Below are positions 24,144 through 39,281 of a stretch of 64,000 bases of DNA, piece after piece. The DNA lies in NCBI GenBank assembly GCA_012295275.1, contig CM022668.1, forward strand, positions 4,030,001 through 4,094,000, given 5' to 3'. A model generated the notes under the pieces. That model was not told the DNA's origin and made no database searches. It saw only the letters and a program-made list of their open reading frames with translations. Position 1 is the first letter of the stretch. Every line of letters starts with the position of its first letter. Both the position numbers and the translations under genes were made by a program. This DNA is from Chrysomallon squamiferum. Lineage: Eukaryota; Animalia; Mollusca.

Positions 24144-25589
24144 TTAAATAAATAAATAAATAAATAAATAATCAACCTTACTGATGTACTGAATAAAAAA
24201 CACAAAACAAACAATCTTATTAAAGTACGTATTCATGTATATGTCTGCGTGCGTCTGTGTGTGCAGGCGTGGCGCGTGTGTTTGTAATATTTTATGTTAT
24301 GTTCTAGTTACGCACACATGCAGTTAAAATTTACGTACTCGGCTATTTCACCGATTTTAATTCTTTTAATTTTGTTTAATTTTTTATTATTATTATTATT
24401 ATTATTTTTACGATTTCGCGAGATATTTTCTCTTGTATGGGCAGTAATACTCTACTTAGATCTTTGTTTTTAATATATTATTTCTCTACTACTATACAGA
24501 CAATGAAAACCAATAATACAGAACATCTGTTCTCTCGGCTCACTGCGCATGACGGAACCAGTATAAACTCGGTCAGACGTCGACTAAGAATTCGGTCGCC
24601 TGTCTTGTTTACGACTTTTTACCGAGTTGGTGCTGCACGGTTTGAAAACATTCCACGCACTCTGCAGCATGCGGAACACTGTTACACGAGTCGAGGTATC
24701 GTTTACAAAGTTTGATGTAAATAATCTAATAATATCGGCGTGACAAAAACCTCTACAAAAGACTGTCCCAAACAATATGTGTGACGGCTGAAGTTACTGA
24801 AAGTGGCTTAAGCAATAATATTTTGTGTCACTTTGTAAATGATTCATGGCAGGAAAAAAAAAAAAAAAAAAAAATGAAGAAGAAGAAAAAAAGAAGGATC
24901 TTGCTTCTAAAAGAGAAACCTTTCTGTAATGTGATTATTTGAAACCAGAGACTAAATGATGGTGACAGAAAATGAAAATAGCTGAAGAACAGGGTGAATA
25001 ATTTACAAATAAAACATGGTGGTTTCAACGACAGTGGGGAAGTTAGTCGGGGATTCACTTATAAATCATAATGCAAGTTGCCTGTTGTTATTGATAGAGA
25101 CCCAACATGTTAATAAAATGTATTAATAATTAAGTACACTGCATATCAGAATGGATTGTTATATTATAGCATTTAGTTCATGAATAGAATTAAAACAAAA
25201 TACCAGTTTTAACTAAACGTAGAATTAAATGTTTTATACGCGTTCCTAACTCCAAATGTATCAATGAGAACAATGAGGATTATCTTGCATGTTCGTTATT
25301 TATCCATCTCTATTAATGTTTACGCATCCTTTAACAACAACAACAACAACAATAAATAAATAAAATAAATAAATAAATAAACGTTTGACAAATCTAGTCG
25401 ACACATGGCGCTGTTCTGATCAAGAAAACGCCGGCTGAAGTCAGCAAGGCGCTAGATATAAATACACAGTCTGACAGCAGGAAGAGGACAATTACTCTAA
25501 GTGGAGAAGTGAATTATTAACTTGAAATAATCTTAAGCCACAACACTTGTCATTAATTTGTACATTGCCAGCTGAAATACTCTGAACAC

Positions 25590-25900
25590 ATTACTGGTTC
25601 ATACTGCAGTTTTGTGTTCAAAGTCTACTCATGTTAGACTGTACAAGTTGTGTTCATGTTAGACTGTACATGCTGTATTCATACTGTAGTTTTGTGTTCA
25701 AACTGCTCACATGGTGTGCTCATACACATTAAGACGTTTTGCCAGTAATGTAGTGATTTGTTCAAATTGAATTTGTCTAATGTTTATACTTACTCATATT
25801 TTATGCCCATGCTGTACTGTTTGGATTCATAATGTACTCGTGCGTTGTTTTTGAGCTGTATGCTGTAGTATTGTACTCACATTGTATTGTTTTGTCCATT
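25590..25900. repeat. Degenerate short tandem repeat
   Basis: Recurring CATACTG(C/T)AGTTTTGTGTTCAAA, CATGTTAGACTGTACA and related subunits. Confidence 0.5.
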
Positions 25901-26227
25901 TCGGTCATATCTGTGCACGTTTGTGTGTGTGATGAATTAATACATTAGAATGTGAAGTGTAGACAGTTTATTAACGTCAAGCGCGTTATCCAGTATCTCG
26001 AGAAACTGGACAAGATCCAGACACAGATCTCGCTCTGGAATCGTCTTTTGTTACATAATTTGGCACATCTTGTTACAAAGAATCCGGCCAAATCGTTAAC
26101 TCAGTTTTTCACAGTTTTTGTAAATATTTAAAATTCATAGCATTGTTGCGTAATACTTCAGTAAACAAATTTCCCATTCTGAATTTTCCTGCATCATAGT
26201 GTTATAACTGTGCGAGTGTGTTTATGC

Positions 26228-26354
<127 letters not shown>

Positions 26355-27975
26355 TTAAAATTAAAAATGGAGGATATATCGCGGGTTTAGACTTGAAGGT
26401 CTTAAGTACATATTCATATAATATGGGTGAAAGAAAATAATATATACAGATTTTATACAGATGTAAGAATGTCCCTCACTGTTAACATGATTTCTACAAG
26501 AGAATACATCCAGACAAACTAGTTACACATGCAGTCAATCAAACTGCTGACAGACACCAAACATAAAGAGACGTTGATAAATAGTCTCCACAGTTTAGTG
26601 TAGTAGCAAAGAGATAAAAATAAACAGATAAGTAATAACCCAGATATTTACGTTTGTGTTTTGACTGACTAAAATAAACATACTGCGGGTTATGAACGAT
26701 ATTAAAAAACAAGTCTATCGCAGTGTTCTTGTCGTGGGGGTCAAGGACAAACAGCTTGATACTTTACTGTTAACACAGATCTGGGTGTACTGAAAAGGGG
26801 AGCAGTTTTAAGAATTAGTCTAAGACAGCAGTGACACGTGCGACTCCGAGTACCTCGGACATTGATCTAAAATATTCTCGAATATTTTTGGTCACGTAAT
26901 TTAAAAGTTAATAAAAGAGAATTAAAAGTAGTGGGTGAGAGCAGAACTCCTTGCTGTACTCTGGTAATATTCACATAATATAGAAGAGTGAATTCTGGAG
27001 CGACTGCTGGATCTGTGATAACAATATAAATTTAGAAGTGACACACGATGATGTAAAAATGACTAAGATATAAAAGTATAGACACGCCTAGCATCAAGGT
27101 TTCGCCACCATTGGTCTAAGATAACGATAATATTAGATTATGCTTACTGTACCATAACGAAGAGAGCTCAGAAATAAATCAGTACTCAGAGAATTACTGA
27201 CGTTTCTAATCTCAAACTAACATACGAAACGTTATTTTAAAAATCTACAACGGTTTCAGTATGTATAATGAAAGGCCTTCTAGGAAACAGGTAGAGTTAG
27301 ATAAGTATAATATGTGTCACGCTGGCAACTGTAAATAATGTGTAATGTTTAAATTAGGATTATGTTAATAAGTGCGTTAATTGTGACGTAATAAACTGGA
27401 TAAAGTTGAGATTTAAAAACGAGTCTGTTTATTTATGTATATACTAACAAATTTTAGAATTACCGATAACAAGAAACATTCTTGAAACTTCATACACTTA
27501 GCATATAACACAGCATATAACACAGCATATAAGCAGTTGTATGACATGGTTTTAACGAGAGAAAAAACACACATTATGTACACTATGAAGAGGGAGTGAA
27601 TCCGTAACTCAGGCGAACTGAAATCTACATTATTTTTAATATCAAAGCTTGCATTACAAGCTAGATTAAATAATTTCTTTGTTCCTTTATAGAAAAACAA
27701 CAAAACTGTCAAGTAAGGTTAAAACAAGATGTCACTTGTCCGCTTGATTAGTGACATGTTCAGCCGAGCGTTTCAAGTTTTCCTCTTGGTGAATAAAGAG
27801 CCGAAGTACATTTTGTTTAGACTTAGTTTCAATTAGTTTTTTGTTTCCAGTATTTGATAATAATGAAGTACGACATCTGAAGAAGAAATATGACCATGCG
27901 TGGAGACTCAAATTCGTACACAGTGTTGTGAAAGGAAATCTTTTTCGTCTGAATAGAGTCAGACTTTGTTGTCTG

Positions 27976-28051
<76 letters not shown>

Positions 28052-31000
28052 GCTGTTGTTGTTGTTGGTGGTGGTTGTACTGGTAGTGATGTATATTTTT
28101 ACAGGAAGAAAATAAAAGGAAAAATGGCAGTTTCCGTGACTCCCTGAAGTTTATTATTTTTATTATCATACTTTATTATTAGCAGAAGATTCATGTACTT
28201 TGAAGTATATTAGATATCTATTATAAATTTCCCGTTGCTTCGTATTCTTATATATATATGGTGTAATATCACATTAATGCCACGTGCTTGTTGTTTTGTA
28301 TTTCTTCCTTATTCTATTTCTTTATTTCTTTTAATAATTACTAATTAATATTTAAAAACAAATAAATAAATACTACAGCGGGTCTTTAGATAAGCTATTA
28401 AGTAAGTTATTGAAAAAAATAACTCGTTGTTTATAAAGACAGTCGACTCGAGGTATCAACAAGCTTAGGCCGAACATTCGATTTGCTGTCTAACAAAGGC
28501 TAACTGATTGTTCGAGTACAGGGGATCGAACCAGTTCTCGTGTAACGTTTCATCTGTTCCAACTTCAGCCTCTTTCTTATGACTGACTGAGCAGAGAGCA
28601 CAGTATGTGTACACAGCATCCTTGCTGCTGCATTGTAACAGAGGGTTTCTTCTCTCGTATTATTATCAGAAAAAAACCCCTCTAACCGCTGATATTAAAA
28701 TGTATTAAAGCATCTTTAAATAACAATTAACTCCACGTGTTGACACGGAAGAGAAATTTCAAATGTTAATAATACTTTTTTTTTTTATTCTTCTCTCTTT
28801 TCTATCAGCTAGTGAAGCATTAATGTCACACTAACATTTTTTTTCCAGTGTTATATAAAAATAAAAAAAAAAAAAAAAAAAAATAATAAAAGAAATGAAA
28901 AGAAAGGAGATATTCGCTAAAAGAAAACTGACGACGAAGATAGGGCGATATCAAATGACCGAGTGTAAAGAGATAAAATGAATTTTTGCTGTTTTTTTGT
29001 TCTGAGAAATAATCTAGGTTAAAACTCCGCGAGAGTCAATCGTTTGTGATATTTTCTGATTTAAATATAAGCACCTTATAAAACGTTTAACTTTATTAGT
29101 ACAGTAATATAAGTGATTTTAAACGAGACCTTTTTATACTACGATTAATTCCGAGTCGACAGGTGTTTAAAGCTGAGCTTTGTGAAAAACACAGACGTAA
29201 TCAGTTGCTATGACAATATATATAATACATCAACATAGTCATTATAAAACACATTTTCTTCAGATTAGAAGATTTAACGAGAATTAGAAACATTTTGTCA
29301 AATCCTGAAAAGACAACAATATGAGAGAATTAAGTGGTTTTTTTTTTTTTTAAGAAATAAATCATCTTAGCTGTTGTAGACATCTGATGCTCAGACTTAC
29401 TTTTTCACTCAGTTGTTATTTTTATATCAATAAGCTGCTGTTCGGGTTTCCTACTCATAAAAGGAATCATCATTATCAACGATGACGACGATGACAACAA
29501 CAACAACAACAATAATTAAACAATATCTAGATCTGTCATTGAAAAAAAAAAAAAAAAAAAAAAAAATAAATGTTTTTAGTTGTCAAACATATTTATTTAT
29601 TTTACTGTATGAAAACTCCTGTTAGCAATAACAACTCGTTTCAAGAAATCTTCCTAAAATAAGTAAACACACCACGTTTTAAACAAAGATAATGTGGAGC
29701 ACCGGTTAGACGGGAAATTCAATAAAACGTTATGTGAAAGTAAATTACAGTGAAATTAGACTGACTATGAGGTCTATCTAAGCGATTTGAAAAACTACCG
29801 AGGTACTGATAACCTGAAGTGGGTAGTTCCCAAACAATGTCTGCACCATTTGTTCAGCAAACGTGTTTTTCTGTCATAAAAACAGCTCACTGGCTGAACA
29901 AACAGCAGTTTGATGGCAGTAAGACTGTTTCTCTTTATAAATACACGTCCGACTACTCAACCATAAATCAGTGATAAGAACAAAGAACCTAAAATATGTT
30001 CCAACCTCTAACTTTATTGAAAGCTTGCAACCAGTTTTTGCTAATAATAAAGTATCACTACAGCGATATTCTTCTTCTTTTTCTTCTTATTATTATTATG
30101 ATGGTGATGATGATGATGTTACAATATGCTATATAGATTTTTTTTTCAAGATTGCTAGATTGTAAATCAATACACATGTAATTAGTGAACAGCTCAGGTA
30201 TTGAGTTTTCAAAAACAAATCTAAAAACGTAGTTATAAATATGTCGACATTAAATGAATATAATGGCTGAAGTTACACCAGTCAGTTAAAAATACTTAAT
30301 TTGATTGACAGTAGAGATAACATAATTGTGTAAATAGAAAATGTTTTGAGAGCAATTAAACAATGAAGTACTGTGATGAATACAAATTATAATAAACATG
30401 TCTGTACTCTGTACACAGTATGACATCTTATATACGGGTTAAGATACAACTAACAGTTTAAAATACAGCTATAGTAGTATGCCGCCATCGTTACCTACAT
30501 TACATTCATGATAATCAGTGCATGACGATATCACGATAAAAAGCTAATAACACTCATGTAAGTAATAAAACGGACGCTGCTTCGGTAGGTTTATTTAATG
30601 AAGAACGAATTCAGTATTTTAGATGTGTCACAAAATAGGTTTAAGAGATCACTTCTCACGTGATAGGTCACGGGATCAATACTTGTTGCTTCCTCTCAGT
30701 ACCAGTGTCTGACTACGTTTTGGGGGAGGCTCTTCGTAAGCAGCAGCAAGGTTCAGATAAAGTTATCTTTCTTAATGGGCTTGTTCCATGACAAATCTCC
30801 GTAAATATTCTTACACATTTAACCATGGCGTCTAAAATTTGAAACGTGGACTAAAGTTGCTTCTAGGATTAAGGGCCCTGGGGTTAAACTACATTAGTTT
30901 CAAAACAGATCCACCAGTTGCTGACGTCAAACACCAGGGAATGAGGTGTCCTGTCTGCTGGAAAGCTGTAAATTATTCCTAATCGATTTTAGCAAACGAA

Positions 31001-32235
31001 GCAGCTGCTTTCATCACATTGAATAAAAACGAGAGCGAAAAAACCACGGAACTTTCCACACTTTACATTTTTGAAAACCTCTTTTTATGATGATGATGTT
31101 GATGATAATGATGCTAGTATTATTAGTATAAAAATAATAATAGCGATGATGAGATGATTATGGTTTTAGTAAACTGCTTGGTATTGAAAATGATATCTGA
31201 AATACGTTTTATCGCAAATTTACTTGAAGCTGGTCAGGTATTTAGAGAACCGTTCCCTATACGTGATGTACTATTTTACGAAATTACGCAATCTGAAATT
31301 GTACTTCTAGGCTCACGTAATTCATTCACTGGTATATACTGGAAACGTTTTGTACTTCTGTTGGACATTGACAGTATAACAATAGTGAATTGAAGCATGT
31401 TAACAATCACAATTGTCCTTGTTCATATCAGTGTCTATTGTCTGTTTCTCCCTTGTCAACTATTTTCTGTATGTGACTGCCACTCTGAATGCTAAGCATT
31501 TGTGAAAACATTGTATGATACACGTGTGTGTATGTTGCGTTCGTTCATGCTAACGTGCAACAACTAAATAATTGTTTCTGACTTCTCAAAGAGGTCGTTG
31601 ACTCACTGGAAGATTAGCCCGCCCCGACCCTGACATTTAGATATGTAACAACGATAAAATCGGAAAGGGGGCTGCCTTACTATTGCTATAGTCGCTTTCT
31701 GGAGCATGTATTTCTTAAATGATTTAAAAATAAAAATAAAAATCAATTAAAATGACAGTAATAATAATTTTAAAATTAATAACAATAATGCGGGATATTT
31801 AATTTGATGCTGTTGCTTGGTAATTTACGTACGTATAATAAAATTAGGTCACAAATAAAAAGGCAAAATCGCGGAGTGAAGACACAGCTATCGATCGCAT
31901 GTTCTTTCGCACATACACAAAATACTAGCAATAAAAGTGCAAGGTCACAGGTTATAAAAGGCCGGTTCTTTGTGAGAGTGAGTTGAGACTGTTTTGACGT
32001 ACATTCTGTTCATGTTTGACAGTCACAGTGTATGTATATTAATCCTGTTTATGCTACCGTGGCGCACGAGACGTGAGCCGGCGTTTAGCCTCGCCGCTCG
32101 TACCGTTCATCAGCTGATCGCAGCTGGGAAAGTATTGCAGCGTAAAGGTCGCGGAACCAAACGAAACAGCTTTCATTTATAACTTGCATTCTGCTAAAAC
32201 TGCATTAAAAACAGAAAAATAAAAGAAGTACTTAC

Positions 32236-32361
32236 TGTCAAAAGCGGATAACTGCGTTACCCTCCTCAAGACGTTACAGAACACATACAGCACACTTAAA
32301 CGTATATTCCGTTGCACCCATGGCTGACCTATTTTCGTCCTTCACCGATATGCGTGTTGAC
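32236..32361 (-). other. Candidate non-coding exon on the minus strand
   Basis: Acceptor gcttttcag|G at 32361 and donor ACA|GTAAGTA at 32236, next to a CpG-richer island (32050-32160). Contains gccATGG opening a 15-codon ORF (MGATEYTFKCAVCVL*). Confidence 0.35.
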
Positions 32362-32625
32362 CTGAAAAGCTTTAGTTTGTAAATTTCGGTGATTTTCCAG
32401 CGAGTGCAAGCAAGCCGTACTGATTACTTATTGTTATATTTAATACGAGACTTCAAGTGTGTCTTTTTTTAACTGCTCTAAAATTAAACCATTGTATTGA
32501 TTTAGTGTTGATATATTTATAACTACGTTGTTTGATCTAAGTACAGAAACTCGATACTTCGGCTGTTCTGTAATTACATCGATACAGTATTCAGCAAAAC
32601 AGTAACAAAACAAAATCTGTCTAGG

Positions 32626-32679
<54 letters not shown>

Positions 32680-33967
32680 GAGGAGGAAGAAGAAGAATCA
32701 ATTTCCTGTGTATACAGAACTAGACAACAAGTTTATGTTTGACAATCACAGCAAAACATAACAAATTCGAGTACATTCATGAAAAATAAGATTATAAGAC
32801 AAATGCATATATTCAATAAATTAAAACTCTTTACAACTGTTTGTCAAGACAACATACACGTCTTGTAACGATTGCGACTTTGGGGTGGGGGCGGGGCATA
32901 CCAGCGATGTTGAATGCTAGGAGTGTCCGCAGTCGCCCTCCCCCTTAAAAATGATTAAATTTCGACAAGGTAAACATGATTTTAATGGTTTTTGGACATT
33001 AAAACAATATTTTATTGTGATAAAAGTTGTTGCTATTTTATATAAATTAAAATCAACGTAAAGTATAGAACGTATGAAGGTTAATTATCAATAACTAGCA
33101 TATTATAGCAGGTATATTAATCATGTAGGTCTATATACAAATCTATTATTAATATATACTACAAAACTGATCTGAACCGGACCATTTTGCAATAAAAATA
33201 AAAATGTGTAAAGTGGCAGAATGCTTTAGACGGCGATGTCAGCAGGTCAAGTAGCGGTCATCTTTGTCCGAACATCACAGAGTGCACAGAAATACGTTAA
33301 TAAGTTTCTATACATACATAAATCTTCTCTTTTTTTTTATGTTCTTTCTTGTGTATATAAGTGTGTGCATTGTTCTATATATTCATATGTATGTGTGTTT
33401 CTATGTATATACGTATGTATATATTTATGTATGTATCTATGTATATCTGCGAGTTTATGTGTATTGTGTATGTATGTATGTATGTATGTATGTATGTATG
33501 TTTGTTTGTATGTATGTATGTTTGTATGTATGTATGTTTGTATGTATGTATGCATGTGTGTTTGTGCGCAGTATAAATTAGTTAGTCATCCGTGTCGAAA
33601 GAAAAAACAGAAACTGGTGACTCAGTCTTTTCAACTCATTTGTTTAATTAGGTAAATTTGTCAATAATATATGAACGTTATTACATTAGATTATTATTAT
33701 TATTATTACAAAGTAAAAATAGAAAAATAAAAATCGCAGATATTAACTAATGTTATTGCAAATTCAAATTATTTATAACGATTGCCATAATTAACAAATA
33801 ACAAATAACAAATAACTAAAATAAAAGTAACAACAATAATGACAATAACATCTACAACAGCAATAATACTAATAAATTAATAAGAACAAAATACTACTAC
33901 TAATAAAATAATAATAATAACAACAGCAACAACAACAATGACAACAACAACAACAACAACAGTAATC

Positions 33968-34010
<43 letters not shown>

Positions 34011-34290
34011 TAATAATAATAATAATAAATTAATAATAATAAATTCATTTTGTTTTCATTAAGTACTTGTTTTGACGTTTAAATTAAACACATAATAAAA
34101 ATATTAATTATTAACTGTTTTACGGAATGTATTGTGATATTATTTTTAGCCAGATGCTACGGAAGTGCCAGATATTTGTTGTTGCTAAGTAACAATATGT
34201 CGTAATTTATTCAATATTTCCAAAGGTAAAGCTATGGAATTAAGATCAATATTTTTCAAGTTAAAATAATGTATTGTAAAAAAATAATAC

Positions 34291-34344
<54 letters not shown>

Positions 34345-34898
34345 AATTATTTACAATTTCGAAATACACTGATTATGCGTGTATCATGAACTGAACGGGT
34401 TGATTATTATGACGTAATAAAGCTTTGACGTAAATACAAACACTCTTGGATAAAGTTCGCATTCTGCTAAAGTATGTGATTTTATTCTGTGAGTTTTTTC
34501 AGTGATGGATATACTATGTGCAGATTTACTCTTTTCGTAGTGGATTTGTTATTTTAGGTGAATATTTAGTGTTTTCGTCGTATTGGATTTATTGTTTTGA
34601 AATGGATTACTTATTCTGTCTGAGGAAAGGTGGGGGTAAGTAGCGATATTAATTTTGATTTATTTTTTTACTGTGTTTTGTGACTGATATTAGTTTTGGA
34701 GTCAGATCAAATTATCTGCGTCTAGAAATGCGGATAAAGCAGCAAAGATTCGACTTCACGTTGTTTAGTTCTATACTGATGTTTTAACACACGTAGACTG
34801 CCGCTACCCGACATTAACCACAATAAAACTTGTCTGTTTCAATAACACTGAGAATGAATTGTGTTAGCAATGTCTGAACTACATCGATTTTCTGTGTT

Positions 34899-35565
34899 AT
34901 GCACACATACACACATACACACATACATACATACATATATACATACATACACATAAACATATATACATGCACACAAACATACATACTACATACATACATA
35001 CACACATACATGCACACATACATACATATATACATGCACACAAACATACATACTACATACATACATACATACATACATACACATAGACACACATACATGC
35101 ACACATACATACACAGACACATACATGCACATATACATACATACATACAAACATACTCACATCCATACATACATACAAACATACATCCATCCATACATAC
35201 ATATATACATACATAATAATTAACAAACACACATAATTAACAAACTATATATACATACAAACACATACACACTTACATACACACTTACATACGAACATAC
35301 ACACACACATAATTACATATATACATCCACACAAACATACATACTACATATATATATACATACATATATATACACACTCACATCCCATACATACATATAT
35401 ATACATACATAGTAATACAAACACATATAGAGACACATACACACATACACATATACATACATACACAAACACACACATACACAAACACACACACTCACAT
35501 ACATACATACATCTATGCATATATATATACAGATACATTATACACAAAGTGAATCTATATACATC
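34899..35565. repeat. Compound (CATA)n/(CA)n microsatellite
   Basis: Degenerate catacata/cacata array. Similar arrays at 6350-6750, 33380-33565, 37265-37630, 42140-42395 and 51997-52258. Confidence 0.9.
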
Positions 35566-35716
35566 TTTCTTTCTCTGTTGAATACACACATACATTTGCA
35601 CATGTATGTAGGATTCATATATTATGTGTTTGTGTGTGTGAAAAACTTGTAATTCCTGTCATGAATGTGTTATACTATATTTTAATTGTTTTTTTTTTAA
35701 ATTTCATTTTATTTCA

Positions 35717-35774
<58 letters not shown>

Positions 35775-35884
35775 GTATTATTGTTTGCAATAATATGTGA
35801 CTGTAATATCCCCTTCATGTTTGTAATAAATAAAATAAAATAAAATAAAATTGAAGTTTTAACGATAGATATATTCCGATAGAC

Positions 35885-35960
<76 letters not shown>

Positions 35961-37265
35961 GATCTATATAGATAGAAAGCGCGACTTAGAGCGATATATA
36001 TATATATATAGCAAAGAGCGAGCGAAATAGATAGATACATACATACAAACATAGACTGACAGACAGACATATAGACAGATAGATACAGCAAGAAAGAGAG
36101 AGAGATCGTTGGCGAGTGAGAGAAAAAGACAAGGAAAGAGAGAGAGAGAGAGACGGAGAGAGAATTAATGTGAATAGTGCACGTGTAATTAACATCTCTT
36201 CATTTCACAGATGATTCTGTTTTAATTTACTATATTTATCTGATTGATCAAGACCCTTTTGTCTGCAAGAAGATCAAAAACTTAACTAATGTAGTCTGTA
36301 TTCAAAGTCACGTAAAACATACAAAAGATATCGATCTGAGGTAGATAATCCGAGATTTGTTTTGTTATATGTTAGGATACGACTGATTCAGTGCTTGTTG
36401 TTTAGCAGCATCTGATACACTTTGTAATGAATTTATTGTCTTCTGTCAGTCGGAAATATTTTTCACCTGTTATAAACTCACAGAGAAATTCCACAACAAG
36501 ACAGTGCGTCCCATAAACGTGTCATTTTGTATTCCATTCAGTTGGAAATGAGATTCGTGTGTTATATAGTTATTTATCATTTTAGTGCTTTCATTGTCAC
36601 GGTCACACTTTTGTGGTTTCTGTATAAAGTAGGAATACAGAGAGGTATATTTTATGTGTTAAGTTTTGGATCTTAGGATCTTAATTCCCGTACAAATTCA
36701 ACAGCTGCAAAACACATTTAAATAAATGAATCTTTTAGTGTTTGTGTAGAATCATCCTAGTTGCTTTTTCAGTGAGAAAGGTAGAATCATGCTGGGACTT
36801 AGAACAAGGGAATTACTGACCAAAAGAGATGATGGAGACATGGAGGTTAGAAAACAACGTATTTTCATTGAATGTATTTTGCTGATTAAGTCGGATTATA
36901 CGTAGATTCTTTATATTCTTTGTCTAACAAATTATGTATCAAATCTATAATAATAAAACAAACGAAATTTTATTAATTTTGTTAAAATTTATTTTAACAC
37001 AGTAACAATGGAAAAGTTATGAGTTAAAAATGTTATAATCTACAAATATAAATATCTATCCATTCATCTATCCATCCGTTCGTCCATCAGTCGATCTATC
37101 CTATCATCCAGTGCACACATCGAGACAAACATACGCAAGCTTCTACATGTCAAGGAAATCTGAACTGTATATTTTTAAAATAATCTTTCTGTATTGTTAT
37201 TACAAGTAATAAATATAATGTTTTAGCTTCGTTTTCATTTCAAAATTAATTCTTTATGACACCAA

Positions 37266-37345
<80 letters not shown>

Positions 37346-38129
37346 TGTATGTAGATATGTGTGTGTGTGTGTTTGTGTGTATGTGTCTGTAGCTAAATAT
37401 ATTTATTGATCTTTGCATGTATGTCGGTCTGTTTTTATGTATGTATGTAAGCAGGTACAAATACACACACATATATAGACACACACATATAGACACACAC
37501 ACAAACAGACACACACACACAAACACACACACATATATAGACACACACACACATATAGACACACACACACAAACACACACACATATATAGACACACACAC
37601 ATATAGACACACACACACACAAACACACAGACTAAATTTCAATATTAATGTAAGTTTAAACAGAAAAACACGTGTTGTAACTCGCTAAACAAATTTGTGT
37701 TTGCTGGCTGAACTTTGTGGTAACGCGCTGACCTGGGATGAGACTGGTCACGTGATGATTTCATGTACACTTCAATAATTTCTCTTTTATCATATACTTG
37801 TGATCTGTGGAAAACTTTGTATAAAACATCGTTTGCTGTTCCTTGCTAAAATGTACTCTTCTGTGACTCATCAATAAATAAAAATCACAAGTTTGACATT
37901 AAAAACAGTTAATTAAAAAATATATATAGTGGTGTATTATCAAATATTAAATATTAAAAGTAATACTTTTGGAAAGAAGAATAATTTAAAAACGTTTCCC
38001 AAATATACTGAATCTGCATTCATCCTACTACCATAAGCTGAATTTTAATAAATATTTAAATATTTGTCTGGGTAGAAGGTAACAAAACAATTATCACATT
38101 TCATCTCTTTGTATGAGCCACATGAATAA

Positions 38130-39281
38130 TTAAATATTTGTTATATCTGTATTGTTCCTCTCTGTTGATCGGTTTTGTGGTAGAAGTTTCTGGTCCATCT
38201 GAAACGTCTGATACGGCTGCCTGTTTGAATCGCAGTCATCGCTTCCTAAACATGCTACTCCGGGTCCGAACGCCAACCGACACAAAATAGACCTGAATTT
38301 TTTGCACGTAAAACAGTAAATAAAGAGGTTACAGGCATTGTGCGACAGTCCTATCTCTTTTATAACCGTCCTGGCAAACTGGTACGAGAAAAACGTCTTC
38401 CACGTTGGGTTATCTCCCATATCTTCTAAAGGCATCGGCGGTCCGAGCAGAAACTGCGTCTGCATCGCGAACATGAGCGTGACGGGCAGCGTGGTGAGAA
38501 TGAGATAGAAGGAAACCCACAGCAACGTCACCGTCGTCGAGATGTAACGTTTGTGGGTGTTTAAAGCTGAAGAATCTCCCATCTTCAGCTGACCGGCGTG
38601 TTTTATTTTATGCAGAACACAGAGGTTGAGAACGAGAACGATGAGAGGAACAAGACCAAACATGATTATTTCTGAGCCCCAGTTCCAGATGGAGTACAGC
38701 GACCTCTCTCGCTGGAACACGAGACTGGGGCGGACCTGGCAGCCATGGTATCCGACGTCCCAGAAATAACCTTGAGGGAGCGCAATGAGAAAGGAGAAAA
38801 CGATGATGAAAACTATCACACGTTTTGAGCGGGAAGTCTTGCTGAATCGCTCTGACTTAAATGGGTAGCAGATTGATAAGAAGCGTTCAAATGTGAATCC
38901 GAAAACGAGCAGAACACAAATGTAGCCTGCAGCCATGTTGAGAATGTTCCAGATTTGACACCACCCTTGGAGGTCAAGGGAGGGGATTCGCCATGGGTAC
39001 TCGAGTTCATAGAAAACCTGTAGAGTGAGAAACACCAAGTCAGCTACAGCCAGAGATGCGAGGTAATACGCAGCCGTATTAGACATGCGCAGTTTAGCGT
39101 TCAGCCACACAGCGACGGAAGTGACGTTTCCTATAAGGCCAATGACGAACCACACAGGGGTGATAGATTTGTTTAAGGCCAATGCCAAAGGAATGTGGTA
39201 TTCCAGAATGAAGATTAAATCTTCCCAGCTCGTGACATTTATTACTGGTGATGACGTCATGTTCCTTTGTTTGGCTTCCAT
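38130..39281 (-). CDS. Class A GPCR, FMRFamide/sex-peptide-receptor-like (GPR139/142-like) group, ~383 aa
   Basis: First in-frame ATG at 39281 (MEAKQRNMTSSPVINVTS..., two sequons); the track's TTG start at 39299 follows an in-frame TAA. TM1 IGLIGN, TM2 YLASLAVAD, TM3 WCQ...TFERFLSICYPF, TM5 LVP...LN, TM6 LTTLP, TM7 CNLFIYC, helix 8 KKFR. Acceptor ttgtttttcag gives an exon start at 39309. Confidence 0.95.
   Translation of the reverse strand: MEAKQRNMTSSPVINVTSWEDLIFILEYHIPLALALNKSITPVWFVIGLIGNVTSVAVWLNAKLRMSNTAAYYLASLAVADLVFLTLQVFYELEYPWRIPSLDLQGWCQIWNILNMAAGYICVLLVFGFTFERFLSICYPFKSERFSKTSRSKRVIVFIIVFSFLIALPQGYFWDVGYHGCQVRPSLVFQRERSLYSIWNWGSEIIMFGLVPLIVLVLNLCVLHKIKHAGQLKMGDSSALNTHKRYISTTVTLLWVSFYLILTTLPVTLMFAMQTQFLLGPPMPLEDMGDNPTWKTFFSYQFARTVIKEIGLSHNACNLFIYCFTCKKFRSILCRLAFGPGVACLGSDDCDSNRQPYQTFQMDQKLLPQNRSTERNNTDITNI

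Noticed and set aside
32880-33000. G-rich/C-rich patch resembling a MITE interior or G-quadruplex
   Set aside because: Only three clear G-runs, and no TIR or TSD could be defined.
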